The translations under genes and the position numbers were made by a program. Positions 31,480-41,996 of a stretch of 44,886 nt of DNA are shown one piece after another. The notes under the pieces were generated by a model. It saw only the letters and a program-made list of their open reading frames with translations. It did not search any database and had not been told where the DNA came from. Each line of letters begins with the position of its first letter. Position 1 is the stretch's first letter. Origin of the DNA: Prasinococcaceae sp. CCMP 1430 (taxonomy: Eukaryota; Plantae; Prasinodermophyta); contig RQSC01001104.1 of assembly GCA_013416795.1 (NCBI GenBank), positions 1 through 44,886 of the forward strand, read 5' to 3'.

Positions 31480-33213
31480 TTACCCCTGAGAAGCGGCCTC
31501 CGCCTGCACCCGCAGCGCCTCCTCCCTGATGCGGTTGGCCATCAGCTCCACAATCGGCTCACCTACAAGTCCGACGTCATGCCCGCGCAAGTACAGCGCC
31601 TCTTCGGCCACCGCGAGCTCTGACATCAGCTCCTTCCTCTGGGCCGCCGCTCTTTCCCTCGCCTCGCGCTGTTCGATGCGCTCTCTATCGTGCGCCGCCT
31701 TCGACAGCGCCAGCCTTTGCCTGCGCTCTTCCTTCGCAGCCGCATTCATCGCGTCGCACTGCGCCCTGAGCGCCTCCTCGCGGCTGGCATCCGCGCTCAT
31801 GCTCCTTCGAAATGACTCTTCCTCGATGAGTCGCTGTGTCCTGCGCTCATCCAGCACGCGCGCCTTCTCGCGCTCCACTGCCGCCAGGAACAACTCGCGG
31901 AAGAGCACCTCCTCCTCGGCCTCGCGGCGGAGCTTGGCGCTTGCACGCTGAGACTCGACACTCTTCGCGAACTCACCAGCGGCAATTCTCGCCCGCTTAG
32001 CTTCGTGTCGCCGCAGCATCGCGGCTGCCTTCTCCCGCCGCCTTTCGATGGCCTCATCCGCGCGGCGCTGTGCTTGGCGCGAGCGGGCCCACATGTCCAT
32101 CTTCGCTGCTGCGCGTTGCTCCGCGGTCGGCTCTCTTCGCCCTGCTGAGCTTGCCGTGGTCAGCCGGGCCATCGACAGCACACGCCCGAGCCTGTCAGCA
32201 AGAGGCATGGACAGGTCCGAAAAGCCTCCCTCGACCACCGCAGCTGCACGTGCACGCATGGCGGCGGGCGGCGTCGGTGTTCTCTGAGCCGCTGACATGG
32301 GCGGCGGCGCGCGAGCAGGCCTTGCGCTCGAGGGCCGCTGCTTGCGCGCCGACTGAGGACGCCTCCTCAGGCGCATCTCGTTGGCGTAGGGCTCTTTGAG
32401 CAGCTTGGCCTCCCTGACGAATTTTTTTTCCGATCGTTCCTGCACTGACGGCGACATGGCACGCAGCGGCCGCAGCGAGGTCCTCTTGGGCGCGTCCAGA
32501 GGCGGCACCGCCGCTGCCTTCTTCTGCGTTGCCTTCCGCCTCGGCTTGGCCGGCAACAAAGACGTTGGGAGGTAAATGCGCGACGCCTCCTTCTGCGTGG
32601 TCGCGGCCGCGGAGTTAGGGGCCTTTCTTGCTGCCTTTTTGGCCTTTCGCGTCTTGCGCCGCACTTCCTTCTTCGCTGCCCTGGCGATCTTCTCTATGGC
32701 CTCCACATCGGTGCTGCCGTCGGGCAACAAAGCAACGCTGCTTGAGCTCACGCCCCCTGCCGCGCTGCGCTCCGCCGCGCGCCGCGAGCTGTGGTCGCCC
32801 GGCAGCGGGCTCGCCCGGTACCTCGCCAGCGCCGCCAGAATCTCGACAAGGTCGCGCACGTCCCTTTGCGCGCCCTGCACGATGCGCTCGGGGGAGATGT
32901 GTGACAGGTCTGCTTGCAGCACTTGCTCACTCAGGTGGCGCACGACCATGCGGAGCGTCTCGACGCGCTCCGCGGGCGTTGCCGGGGCCCGCGTCGCGAC
33001 CGGAAGGCGCACCCCAAGGATGGCCTCGGCAGCGGCGAGGAAGATGTTTGTCGAGGCGCACACCGCACGCACGTCCGCCGCCGTCTGCACCGTCGACGAG
33101 AGGCCCGCCGCCGCGAGCATGCAGTTCGCCAGCCCCACGATCTCCGGGTCGTCGCGTGCCGTCGCCGTCTGCGCCGCGGCGGCCGCCTCGGCCGCGGCCT
33201 CCACGGAGCTCAT
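31480..33213 (-). CDS. CEP95: Centrosomal protein CEP95-like
   Basis: N-terminal CH-like domain with VLQADLSHISPERIVQGAQRDVRDLVEIL; basic disordered middle region; C-terminal coiled coil EEEVLFRELFLAAVEREKARVLDERR, as in CEP95 family members. Confidence 0.68.
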   Translation of the reverse strand: MSSVEAAAEAAAAAQTATARDDPEIVGLANCMLAAAGLSSTVQTAADVRAVCASTNIFLAAAEAILGVRLPVATRAPATPAERVETLRMVVRHLSEQVLQADLSHISPERIVQGAQRDVRDLVEILAALARYRASPLPGDHSSRRAAERSAAGGVSSSSVALLPDGSTDVEAIEKIARAAKKEVRRKTRKAKKAARKAPNSAAATTQKEASRIYLPTSLLPAKPRRKATQKKAAAVPPLDAPKRTSLRPLRAMSPSVQERSEKKFVREAKLLKEPYANEMRLRRRPQSARKQRPSSARPARAPPPMSAAQRTPTPPAAMRARAAAVVEGGFSDLSMPLADRLGRVLSMARLTTASSAGRREPTAEQRAAAKMDMWARSRQAQRRADEAIERRREKAAAMLRRHEAKRARIAAGEFAKSVESQRASAKLRREAEEEVLFRELFLAAVEREKARVLDERRTQRLIEEESFRRSMSADASREEALRAQCDAMNAAAKEERRQRLALSKAAHDRERIEQREARERAAAQRKELMSELAVAEEALYLRGHDVGLVGEPIVELMANRIREEALRVQAEAASQG

Positions 33214-33829
33214 GGCGGCTCCCGCCCGCAGCTCTGCTCTGGGTCCTTCGCGTCCGCTCCAAATCCCTCCCGCCACCCGCGGCGCTCGCCGTGTGGCGCA
33301 GGTGTGGCAGTGCGTCCCCCCACACCCAGCCACCCACCCGCTCACCCACCACCACCCTCACCCGCGCCGCGCAGGCTGTCTCGCGTCTCCCCCCCCCCCC
33401 CCAAAAAAAAACCAACAACACGCACCCCACCCCACCCCAAAAAAAAACCAACAACGAAAACCACGGTTTGATCCCATTTCGTTGTCGACTTCCGCCGTTT
33501 GCGCCGCGGCCCGGCGCCCCGCCGCACCTACAGATTACCTTCGATATGCCCGGAGCGGGGGGGGGCTTGCGGAAACGCGCGGCGTCCGAAAGCGTTCTCC
33601 GCGAATTCGGCGCGCGCCGACGGGGACGGCAAAGGGCCAAGAGGCGCGCGCGCGGGACGCGCAGGCGCGCGACCGAGGCGGCGTCGCCCGTTTTTCCCCT
33701 CTTTTTTTTGGGTGTGTGCGGCGACGAATCCGAATCGTCGGAAGGCGCCTCGGCCGAAAATTGGAACCGCGTCCTGGCGCGGCGACCGCCCCGCCGGCCG
33801 GCGGGCGCGCGGGTGCGTTTCGAGGTGCA

Positions 33830-36800
33830 ATGCCCACGGGAGAGTTATGGGGCGAAGGGGCGCGCGGTGCGCGGCGTGGAGTGGGGGGGGAGAGGTGGCG
33901 TGGACTGTGCCGAGGCAAACAGCCGTGCGCCGGCAGACCCCGGTGTAACCAGGTCCATCGCGGCAAGATCTGTGAGGGCGTGCCCGCAGCACGCGCGCTC
34001 GCGACGGCCGCCGCGGCTGGCCAGGGGGTCGATGGGGAGGTGGAGCCTGAGGTCAGATTCTTGGCCTTGCGCGTGCTCGAAGAAGTCGCGGAGGCGCCCT
34101 GGGAGTGGGCGCAGCTCGATGGCAAGCAACGCGCTGAGCTCAACGCCGCGGCGGGGGCGGCGCTCTCGGCGGGCGCGGATGCGGCAGCCTGCGCCACGGG
34201 GCCGGCGCGCTTTGCCCAGGGCGCCGCCGCGGCAAAAGCTGCGCAGGTCGTAGTAGCAGCAGCGGCCGCCGACGGCTCCCACGCGCTCGTGCCGCTCGCA
34301 GCGCAGGCGCACGACGCGCTCGCCGCTGCGCGCTCGGATGGCCAACCCGGGCGCGCATTCGCAGGCTTTCTGCTTGCCCGCGCGCTTGGGGAGGTTACTT
34401 GCGGCCCTCGCGGCTTCAGGGGAGCGCTGGCAGCGGAACAGGTCAGATTGCGGGAGGCGTCAGTGCAGCAGATGCCGCAGCTGCAGGCCGCTGCTTTCGG
34501 GGCGCTTGATGCGTGCCTGGCACACGCGGCGGGCGGAGGCGGCAGTGCAGGCGATTGGGTGGCAACGGCAGCAGCAGGCGCGCGGTGCGTGTCGTCGCTC
34601 CTCGGCACGTGCGGTGTGCAATGCCAGATTGGAGATACAGAGGCTAAGATTGTGTGCACCGCCGCCGCGGGGCACAGCGGTGACCTGGCCGAGGCCGGCA
34701 ACGAAGCCGTCATCAGCATGCTTGCTGTGGATCGCATCCCGCGCGCGTTCGACGGCGCTCTGGGCGTCGTGGCGCAATACCTGGTTGCTGCTTGTGAGCA
34801 CGGCTCATCTTTGGTCGTGGGTGGTACCTTCCGCGTACTTTGTTCCGCTCACCTGAGTGGACTGCATCGCACGGGCGCGCTGGTGCCCATGACTGATGCG
34901 GTCATCGCGTTGCTGGGGCGTCTCGCCGCGCGGGGCCAGGCGGACGATTTTGCCACAGTTTGTGGGTCGTTCGATCCACTGCTCGAGACGCTTGCTGGGG
35001 CCATCGAGGATGGGGTTGAAGATAAGGCGCTCGTCGGCGCGTGCTCTCGGTCGCTCGCGCAGCTCACGTCCGCGCTCGCCGCCTCCTGTGTGCGAGGCGT
35101 GAATGGCGACGCGCTGCTCGAGGCTCTTCAGCCGATTGGACTCCCGGAGTCAAGCCCCATCGTGTGGGACCAGGAGGGCTGCCTGGAACTCGATGACAGC
35201 GCAGAGGTCGAGCTGTTCAACGCCGACTCTGACGATATTGAGGACCGTACTGCGCTGGTGGACATGTGCACATCGCGCATCGAAGCTGCCTGCGCTGCCG
35301 ACGTGTCGCCAGGGGCCGATGCCGCTGCGGCGGCGATGAATGCAGGGCTGGACGCGCTTGCTCGCAGTAGCGCGTTCGCTGAGACGGACGATCGGCGGCA
35401 CGAGAGTGTGCTTGCAGGCGCAAGGATCTTGTCCGCTGCTGCATCACGGGCTGTGCGGATACCTGGAGGGCTTGCGCCCTCGGCGGACGCATGTACCCCT
35501 GCGCGAGCTCTGGCAGCGCTCCTGCCAGCCCTCACCACAGATAGCGCCATGCGCTCGGATGCGTCGGCGATGGCGACGGCCGCGACTGCGAACGCCATTG
35601 CCGCGCTTGCGAGCGAGTGGCTACCGTCGTGGATGCGAGCTGTTCAGGAGGCAAATTGCGCGACTGCAGCCAGCGCCGCGGATGCGCCGCTGGCGACCGT
35701 GCGCGCGCTCGCGGCATTGCTGGCTCCGACCGACGACCTCCCACCGTGCGCGGAAGAGCGCATGGAGCACGTCCAGGTTGCTGCAGCGACTGCTCTCGAT
35801 CGCGCGCTTCAGGCATGCCGGCGGCCGGCGCTTCTGCCTGCTGCGCTGGAGGCCATCTCGCCATGCATCGTGGGTGCAAGGCAGTTGCGGGTCGAGGCGC
35901 ACACCTTGCTATTCATGGCGGTCGCATCGTCGCTGATGGCAGGCGGCAACAATGCCGGCTTGGCCTCGGGTTCGAACGCCGCAGATGCGGACGCCTGGTG
36001 CGAGGGGCAGTTCAGCGCGCTCATGGGTACTGTGCTGAATCCTGTGCAGGGCTTGCTCGACAGTAGCGTCGATCCCTCGGCGTTCTACGCGCAGGGCGCA
36101 CCTGAGGCGCTGGGTCGGGCAGTGTCGGTCATGCACGCGGTCGTGCTGTGTGCATCGACGGCTCCCAAAGCCAAGGCTGCGCGCGCAATGGTCTGGCGGC
36201 ATGGATGCGCGACGCTGCTCTCTGCGGCATTGCGCGGCCGCGCGGCATTTGCCGCTGCGGTGGCCGCATCGGCCACGCTGCCCGACTCGGCGGTTGCCGC
36301 GGAGGAGGGCGTCTTGCGGCTCGCTGGGGCGTGCATCGACACCATGCGCGGCGAGGCCGGAAGCCAGTATCTGAGGCAGGAGCTCGGCGCACTGCTTGAG
36401 CAGCTTCGGGCCGTCCCGCCCACGTTTGGTGGGATCGGCGGCGGTGCTGGCGCTGGGGGCGCGCTGTCGTTGCTTGCGCGGGCAGTGCGCTCGCCGGAGC
36501 GCTCTCTGGACGAACTTGTGCCGCCGCTGCTGGACGCCTGCCTGTCGACTGCGCGCGCCGCTCTCTCGGTCGCCATGAGCTCCTCCGGCAACTTGTCCGC
36601 TGCTGCTGGGGCGCAGCTGCACCTGTACCGCCTGCCGCTCGATGTGCTGCGCTACCGCTGGCGGTACTTTGCTGGCTCGTCCTCCGCCGCGATGGCTGCT
36701 GCCCTTGCTGCGAGGCAAACCGGCGCAGTCGTGTCACAGACGGCTGGCGGGGGCGGCGCGCCTCGTGGCGAGCTCGCTGCACAGATTCTCTCGCACGCCC

Positions 36801-37273
36801 TCAGCGCCTTCGCGCCGGCAAGCGCCCAAGGCAACGCGCGCCCGCCCCCCGACGTCCTCCGCGCCGTGCTTGATGCGGCGCGCATGCTCAACAAGCAGCG
36901 GCGACTGTACTCGTCGGCAATTTTCAGCCCCACGCGCGAGGCATTCGTGACAACGCTCATGGACATCCAGCTGGATGACACGCACAGGCCGCTTCACGAC
37001 GCCGCCCTGGCCGAGCTGTACGCCATGGCCGCGGTCGACATGCGCGGGTTCCTCGGCGCCTTCCTACCGCAGTACCTCGGGAAGTTATCTGCCGCCTCGG
37101 GCGTGGACACGGCGTCGTTCGCGACCTCCTTCGCGTCTGTGGGCGAGAGCTGCGGCGCCCCGGCCTTCGGCATGGCTTCGGAGGCCCTGGCGACCGACGC
37201 GCGGCTGCACGCCCGCCGCGCGGAGGCGACGAAGGCGCCCGCGCTCTGGGCTCAGGCGATCGCGGCGCTCTGA
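33830..37273 (+). CDS. XPO6: Exportin-6-like karyopherin-beta (5' end uncertain)
   Basis: N-terminal VRFLALRVLEEV..W..L..QRAEL resembles importin-beta N. C-terminal LDVLRYRWRYF, MLNKQRRLYSSAIF, LYAMAAVDMRGFLGAFLPQYL and ALATDARL parallel the animal XPO6 C-terminus (NWRYFF, LNTKQKLY, IYNMASVDFDGFFAAFLPEFL, RLVNDLRY) as I recall it. Confidence 0.72.
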   Translation: MPTGELWGEGARGARRGVGGERWRGLCRGKQPCAGRPRCNQVHRGKICEGVPAARALATAAAAGQGVDGEVEPEVRFLALRVLEEVAEAPWEWAQLDGKQRAELNAAAGAALSAGADAAACATGPARFAQGAAAAKAAQVVVAAAAADGSHALVPLAAQAHDALAAARSDGQPGRAFAGFLLARALGEVTCGPRGFRGALAAEQVRLREASVQQMPQLQAAAFGALDACLAHAAGGGGSAGDWVATAAAGARCVSSLLGTCGVQCQIGDTEAKIVCTAAAGHSGDLAEAGNEAVISMLAVDRIPRAFDGALGVVAQYLVAACEHGSSLVVGGTFRVLCSAHLSGLHRTGALVPMTDAVIALLGRLAARGQADDFATVCGSFDPLLETLAGAIEDGVEDKALVGACSRSLAQLTSALAASCVRGVNGDALLEALQPIGLPESSPIVWDQEGCLELDDSAEVELFNADSDDIEDRTALVDMCTSRIEAACAADVSPGADAAAAAMNAGLDALARSSAFAETDDRRHESVLAGARILSAAASRAVRIPGGLAPSADACTPARALAALLPALTTDSAMRSDASAMATAATANAIAALASEWLPSWMRAVQEANCATAASAADAPLATVRALAALLAPTDDLPPCAEERMEHVQVAAATALDRALQACRRPALLPAALEAISPCIVGARQLRVEAHTLLFMAVASSLMAGGNNAGLASGSNAADADAWCEGQFSALMGTVLNPVQGLLDSSVDPSAFYAQGAPEALGRAVSVMHAVVLCASTAPKAKAARAMVWRHGCATLLSAALRGRAAFAAAVAASATLPDSAVAAEEGVLRLAGACIDTMRGEAGSQYLRQELGALLEQLRAVPPTFGGIGGGAGAGGALSLLARAVRSPERSLDELVPPLLDACLSTARAALSVAMSSSGNLSAAAGAQLHLYRLPLDVLRYRWRYFAGSSSAAMAAALAARQTGAVVSQTAGGGGAPRGELAAQILSHALSAFAPASAQGNARPPPDVLRAVLDAARMLNKQRRLYSSAIFSPTREAFVTTLMDIQLDDTHRPLHDAALAELYAMAAVDMRGFLGAFLPQYLGKLSAASGVDTASFATSFASVGESCGAPAFGMASEALATDARLHARRAEATKAPALWAQAIAAL

Positions 37274-37295
37274 CGACGATGGCGTGCGCACGCGC

Positions 37296-37334
37296 GTCGC
37301 GTCGCATCGCGTCGCATCGCATCGCGTCGCATCG
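37296..37334 (+). repeat. Pentamer microsatellite (RTCGC)8
   Basis: A run of GTCGC/ATCGC units just downstream of the XPO6-like stop codon. Confidence 0.85.
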
Positions 37335-38013
37335 GGTGGCGCGGCACCGCCCGTAGCCCGCCACGGCTCGCGCTCGCTCTGGTGCTCGCGCTCGCGCTCG
37401 GGCTGGGTTGTGAACCCTCTCACATTTCCCTAAAAAATCTAATACTGAGCGTCCTACCCTAACCCCGTCCGCTCGACCGCCGCGCCGCCGCCCTCTCGCC
37501 GCCCTCGCCGCCGCCGCACCGCCTTCCCTGACCTCCCCACACCCCACACCCTCCACCTCCTCCCACCCACCCACCCACCTCCCTCAACCTCCTTCACCCC
37601 CCACCCCACCCCCACCACTGTCCCCCCCGTCCCAGCCAGACCCAGACCCCCCCCGGGTGTCGGCCGCCGCGGCGACGCCCGCCCCGCAGCTTCTGCCGGC
37701 CGGTCGCGGAAGGATAAGAATGCGAATGAAATGAGCCTCTTCCTTTTCCGCCATCAGCCGGGATCTCGCCCGCGCCGGCGGCAGATTCCGGATCGCGCGC
37801 AGCCGCCGCAGCGGCTGCGCTGCGGGCCCACACATCTCCTCCGAATCCATCCGCTCCCTTTTACCCCCGCCGGGTCGGGTGGGACAACCCCGGTATGGCG
37901 CGGACGATTAGGGGTGGAGTGGGAGGCGTGTCGGCTGGGTATTGATGGCAAGACACGGTGTGTGAGGGGGCGAACCCGGGGACGCGGGGTGGGGGGTGGG
38001 GGGGGGTCGATAC

Positions 38014-39709
38014 ATGCGCGCGCATGCGCGCAGCAGCCGGCAGGGTCTGGGTCTGCCGCGCGCGCGCGCGCGTGCGCGCGCGCGTGCGCGTGCGTGGCGT
38101 CGTGCGCCATTGGGGGCCATAGTGCGAGGGCGGCGCGGGTGCGCGCCCTTCCCCATCCCAACCCCAACCTCCGTCCGCGCGGCGGTGCGGAGCCATGGGC
38201 GCGCTGCGGCAGTCGATCCGCGCCGGCGAGGCGTGGAAGCGTGCCTAGCGCCGCGCGGCGGCCGCGCGCGCAAAGCGCAGGCGGAGAGCTCGGCGCTGCT
38301 GCATCGCCTGCCGCCGCAGCGCCCTCTGACTGAGCCGCGATCACACGCACGCGCGCGCGCCGCCCGCCGCGCATGACACAGACTTCGAGGCGCGCCTCTG
38401 GCCGCAGTGGGAGTCCATCGTCTACCCCGATGGCACAAGGTGCGCGCCGCGAGCGCGGCGCGCAGGCGCGGCCCATCTCTCGCGCCGCGAAAACACAGCG
38501 CAAACCCTACGTGGTGTGCAGGCGCTGACGCGCGCGCGTGCGATGCCCGCCGGCCTGCCGGCCCGCCTGCTCGCCCTCTCTGCCTCCGCCCTCGCCACCA
38601 ACCCCGTCTCCCACCTGCGTGCGCGCCTTGGACGATGCGCCCAATGCACCAACACCTCGAAGGTACGAGGGCCTCACCAAGGAGGGCCTCTGCCACGTCC
38701 GCGGCGTCATGACGTACGGTGACACAGGCGAGACGTACGCCGGCGAGTTCGGTGAGAACTCCATGAATGGCCTGGGAGAGTACCGCTGGTCGGACGGTTC
38801 CCTCTATCAGGTACGCGACTGCGCGCCGATTGACGGGCGCGGGGTGTCCGAGTGCAAGCGTCGCAGCGCTGCGCCCGCCCCGAGAGTGCGCGCCCTGCGC
38901 GACACCTCTGCGCGATCGCTCCGGGCGCTGCGCAAGCTGTGCCCCGCGTCCATTGCGGAGCGTGCGCTCGCCCCTCGTGTGCGCGTTTCCCGTACGCCAC
39001 GCTCCCATGCTGCTATGATGGCCGAGTAGCGGACGCGCGCACTGCTGCGCCGCGCGTGGCGTGTGCTGACGCTTGCATTGGCGCTGTGTCGTGTCTTGGC
39101 GTTGCTCTCGGCGTCTGTGGCGTGCAGGGCCAATGGAAGGACAACAACCAGCACGGCTGTGGCGTGAAGGTGTACCCGCGCCCCGGCGAGGAGCCGGACG
39201 TTGAGGCAGGCGAGTGGATCTACGACGTGTACGTCGGCGACGCCAACCAGTGCAGCGTCCAGGAGGCGTTCGAGACGGCGGCGGAGGCGCGATACCTCGC
39301 CGAGCGTGCTCGCCTGTTCCAGGGTAAGCCCGATGGCCAGAGCATGATGGAGGAGATGGACAAGCGCGATGCAGCGGGCAACCTCACTCGCAGCGCAGCG
39401 CAGGAGATCATGATGACTCAGTCGGGCCTGCACTACCCCGAGGGCACACAGTACCTCGCGCCGGGCCCCGTCGGCGACGCTTACGCCGTGCCGGAAGCCA
39501 CTGCGGAGAACACCCTCGGTGGTTATGCTACCCCGGCGCGCCGTGCCCGGTACGGGCAGCAGCAAGCGGCGTGGATCCGCGAAATCTACCGCGTGCCCTT
39601 CGAGGAGATGGCGCCGCTGACAGCGGAGGAGAAGGCAGCGAAGGCAAAGCGCGAGGCTGAGATGCTCGCGAGCCAGGATGACGAGGACGAGGACGAAGAC
39701 GAGGAGGAT

Positions 39710-39741
<32 letters not shown>

Positions 39742-40048
39742 GGAGGAGGAGGAAGAAGAGGAGGATGCCCCCGAGTCGAAGAACCCTGCTGTGGGCGCCG
39801 TCGCGGCTGCCCTCGGTGGGCGCGCCGCCAGCCTGTCGCTGTCGATGGGCGAGGCGCAGCAGCGGTGGGGCGCGGCGGCGGGGAGGATGGTGCAGCGTGC
39901 CGGGCGGCACGGCCGCGCTGCGCTGGGCCGCGCGAGGCGCGCGATGCAGGCGCGCAGGCAGCAGCAGCAGCAGCAGGGCGGCGCGCGTGGTGCAGCGCCT
40001 CCCGTGGCATCGTTGTCGATGGCGCTGCCGCTCCCGAGCCGGCGCTAG
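38014..40048 (+). CDS. TIC100: MORN-repeat plastid protein, TIC100/EMB1211-like; exons include 38381-38439, 38663-38810 and 39128-40048 (exon 1 boundary uncertain)
   Basis: WESIVYPDGT/RYEG; MORN repeats YAGEFGENSMNGLGEYRWSDG and YQ/GQWKDNNQHGCGV; ARLFQGKPDG and YLAPGPVGDAYAVPE parallel plant TIC100 motifs (ARMFVNKPDG, WMAPG..QFYEVP) as I recall them; acidic D/E tract; transit-peptide-like first exon. Confidence 0.65.
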
Positions 40049-40317
40049 AAGCGACGGCGGCGTGGACGTGCACACGCGTGCTCTCGTCCTGCATGCGCTC
40101 GTCGCCTCGCGCTGTTTGCCATTTCTAAAGTCATGCGAATTCTACGCGCCGCAGCAGCCACTTGTGGCAGCACACTCACGGGTCCAGCTTCTGCCTGCCT
40201 ATTGCCTCTCTACGCGACGTCGCAGCGGTCGTGTGCGTGTCCAGGGTAAAGATCCGCTGCTACAATGCATTACCACTCACAAGCCGCTCCTGCTGATGGC
40301 GCGACGGCAGGTCCGCC

Positions 40318-41286
40318 TCACTCGTCTTCGAAGACGTCCTTGAGCGTTGTCTTAGCCGCGAAGGCGGCCACGGCGCCGAAGAGTGTCACCCACACCGCGG
40401 CGACGGTGTAGTAGGACTGCGGCGGCTCCATCGTGACGAGCGGATACGCTGTGCCCGCGACGCCAAGGAACGCGATTGCTATGATCCCCCCCAGCAGCTT
40501 GTTACCGTCGATGTTGGCCGCCATGGCTGCGTCGTCCTCAATGAGCCCGTCCTCGCGGTTGTCGATCCACATCTTGGGCTCGATGCCGTACACGTTGTTG
40601 CCCTCCGCGGACGTCCCAGCGCCGCCGTCGGTGTTGGGCCTGCTCTCAGCGGCCGCCGCTGCATCCGGCGTGAGCTTGACGTAGATCGCGCCGGACGCCA
40701 CCTGCACCTGGAAGACGTCCATGGGGCGGCACTGCGGCGTGATCTTGCGCAGCACTGTGTTGGTGGGGTACCACGAGCGCACCTCGCCAGTGTTCAGGTC
40801 GAACTCGGACATAGTGCTGGGGCAAATGATGGAGTCGTCCTGGGTGAACTTGGCGTTCATAAAGCCCTCGGAGTAGGCACCCTCAGCCGGCGAACGCGAC
40901 TCGATGGCGCGGATCTGGTTCTTGTACCAGAAGAGCATCATGTCGAACCCCGACACGGTCGTCTGCTTGCGCGTGCCCTTCTCCAGGTCCCCCTCGCTCA
41001 GCACGGGCACCCAGCCCTCAGAGGAAGGCGGAGGGGGCGTGGGCGGCGGCGCGGGTGCCGCGTCCTCCCCTGCCTCCGCCGCCATCTCTGCGGCAGGCGC
41101 CGCGTCGCCCTCCGCCGCCTTGGTGCTCCCTCCGCGCTCCGAGCCCGCCTGGCGCCGCCCAAGCCGCAGCGCCGCGCTCTTCGCGGTCACCCAGCTGCGC
41201 CTGCGCTGCCGCGGCATCGGCGCATTGTCCGTCCGCGCCGCCGACGCGGCCCCGCTGCTGGACGCCACCGCCGCCATGGCAGGCAT
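40318..41286 (-). CDS. PSB33: Thylakoid Rieske-like protein PSB33/LIL8/TEF5, intronless
   Basis: Transit peptide; WVPV...LFWYKNQIRAIESRSPAEGAYSEGF (Rieske fold without Fe-S ligands), IICPST..FDLNTGEVRSWYP, GGAGTSAEGNNV and two C-terminal TM segments. Confidence 0.9.
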   Translation of the reverse strand: MPAMAAVASSSGAASAARTDNAPMPRQRRRSWVTAKSAALRLGRRQAGSERGGSTKAAEGDAAPAAEMAAEAGEDAAPAPPPTPPPPSSEGWVPVLSEGDLEKGTRKQTTVSGFDMMLFWYKNQIRAIESRSPAEGAYSEGFMNAKFTQDDSIICPSTMSEFDLNTGEVRSWYPTNTVLRKITPQCRPMDVFQVQVASGAIYVKLTPDAAAAAESRPNTDGGAGTSAEGNNVYGIEPKMWIDNREDGLIEDDAAMAANIDGNKLLGGIIAIAFLGVAGTAYPLVTMEPPQSYYTVAAVWVTLFGAVAAFAAKTTLKDVFEDE

Positions 41287-41725
41287 CGCCGCCGCCGCGC
41301 GCGCCCTCCTCCCCCCACACCCCTCCCCCGCGCACGCCCGCCACGCGCGCCGCCGCCGGGCGGGCGCCGCGCGGCCCCATCAAAACGCACGCGGCCGCGC
41401 GAGGGGCGACCTCCTCGGGCGCGTGCCTGACGTGGCCGCGCCACGCGCGGAGAACCACCGCGCCTTTTGAGGTTTATTATAAACCTAAACACAAATAGAG
41501 TGTGCATTACATTAGATAACATACTGCAAATGTGAGTTTTTGAACCCTACCTTGCCGCAGAGACGGCGAGACGAGGCGTCCTCGTCGGTCGGAGCGCAGC
41601 GTGCCTTCCCCGTCCGTTCCCCCCCTCCACCTCGACCGGGTCAAATACCCGCTTGTTTTGGCCAGTTCCCGACGCGGGTGCCCCCACACGGGAAGCGGCG
41701 AAATGATCCGCGAGACGCCCTCGCT

Positions 41726-41726
<1 letters not shown>

Positions 41727-41756
<30 letters not shown>
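41727..41756 (+). repeat. (GGCT)7 microsatellite
   Basis: Read directly in the PSB33/LSM3 divergent intergenic region. Confidence 0.9.
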
Positions 41757-41996
41757 TGGCTCCCGTCGACCGGCCGGCGCGGCGCTTTTTTTCCCACGCT
41801 TTTTTTGGCCGAGTTTCACCGATTTTCCGGCCGTGCGAGTGTCTGTTGCAAGGCGAAATGGCTCGGATTTTCACGTTTTTAAATATAGGATGCGTTTTGA
41901 ACTGGCTCGCTTTTTTTTTGAGGTTGCGAGGCCAAGCCTGCCGGCGTGCGCCACAGCGCGTGCGCGCGGGCCGCGCCCCCGCCTTCCCCCGCCGCG

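Noticed and set aside
32576-33829. 5' extension of the 1565-aa ORF, suggesting a giant protein overlapping CEP95 antisense
   Set aside because: It is the stop-free antisense shadow of CEP95 plus intergenic low-complexity sequence (PPPPKKNQQ); recognisable homology starts only after about 33950.
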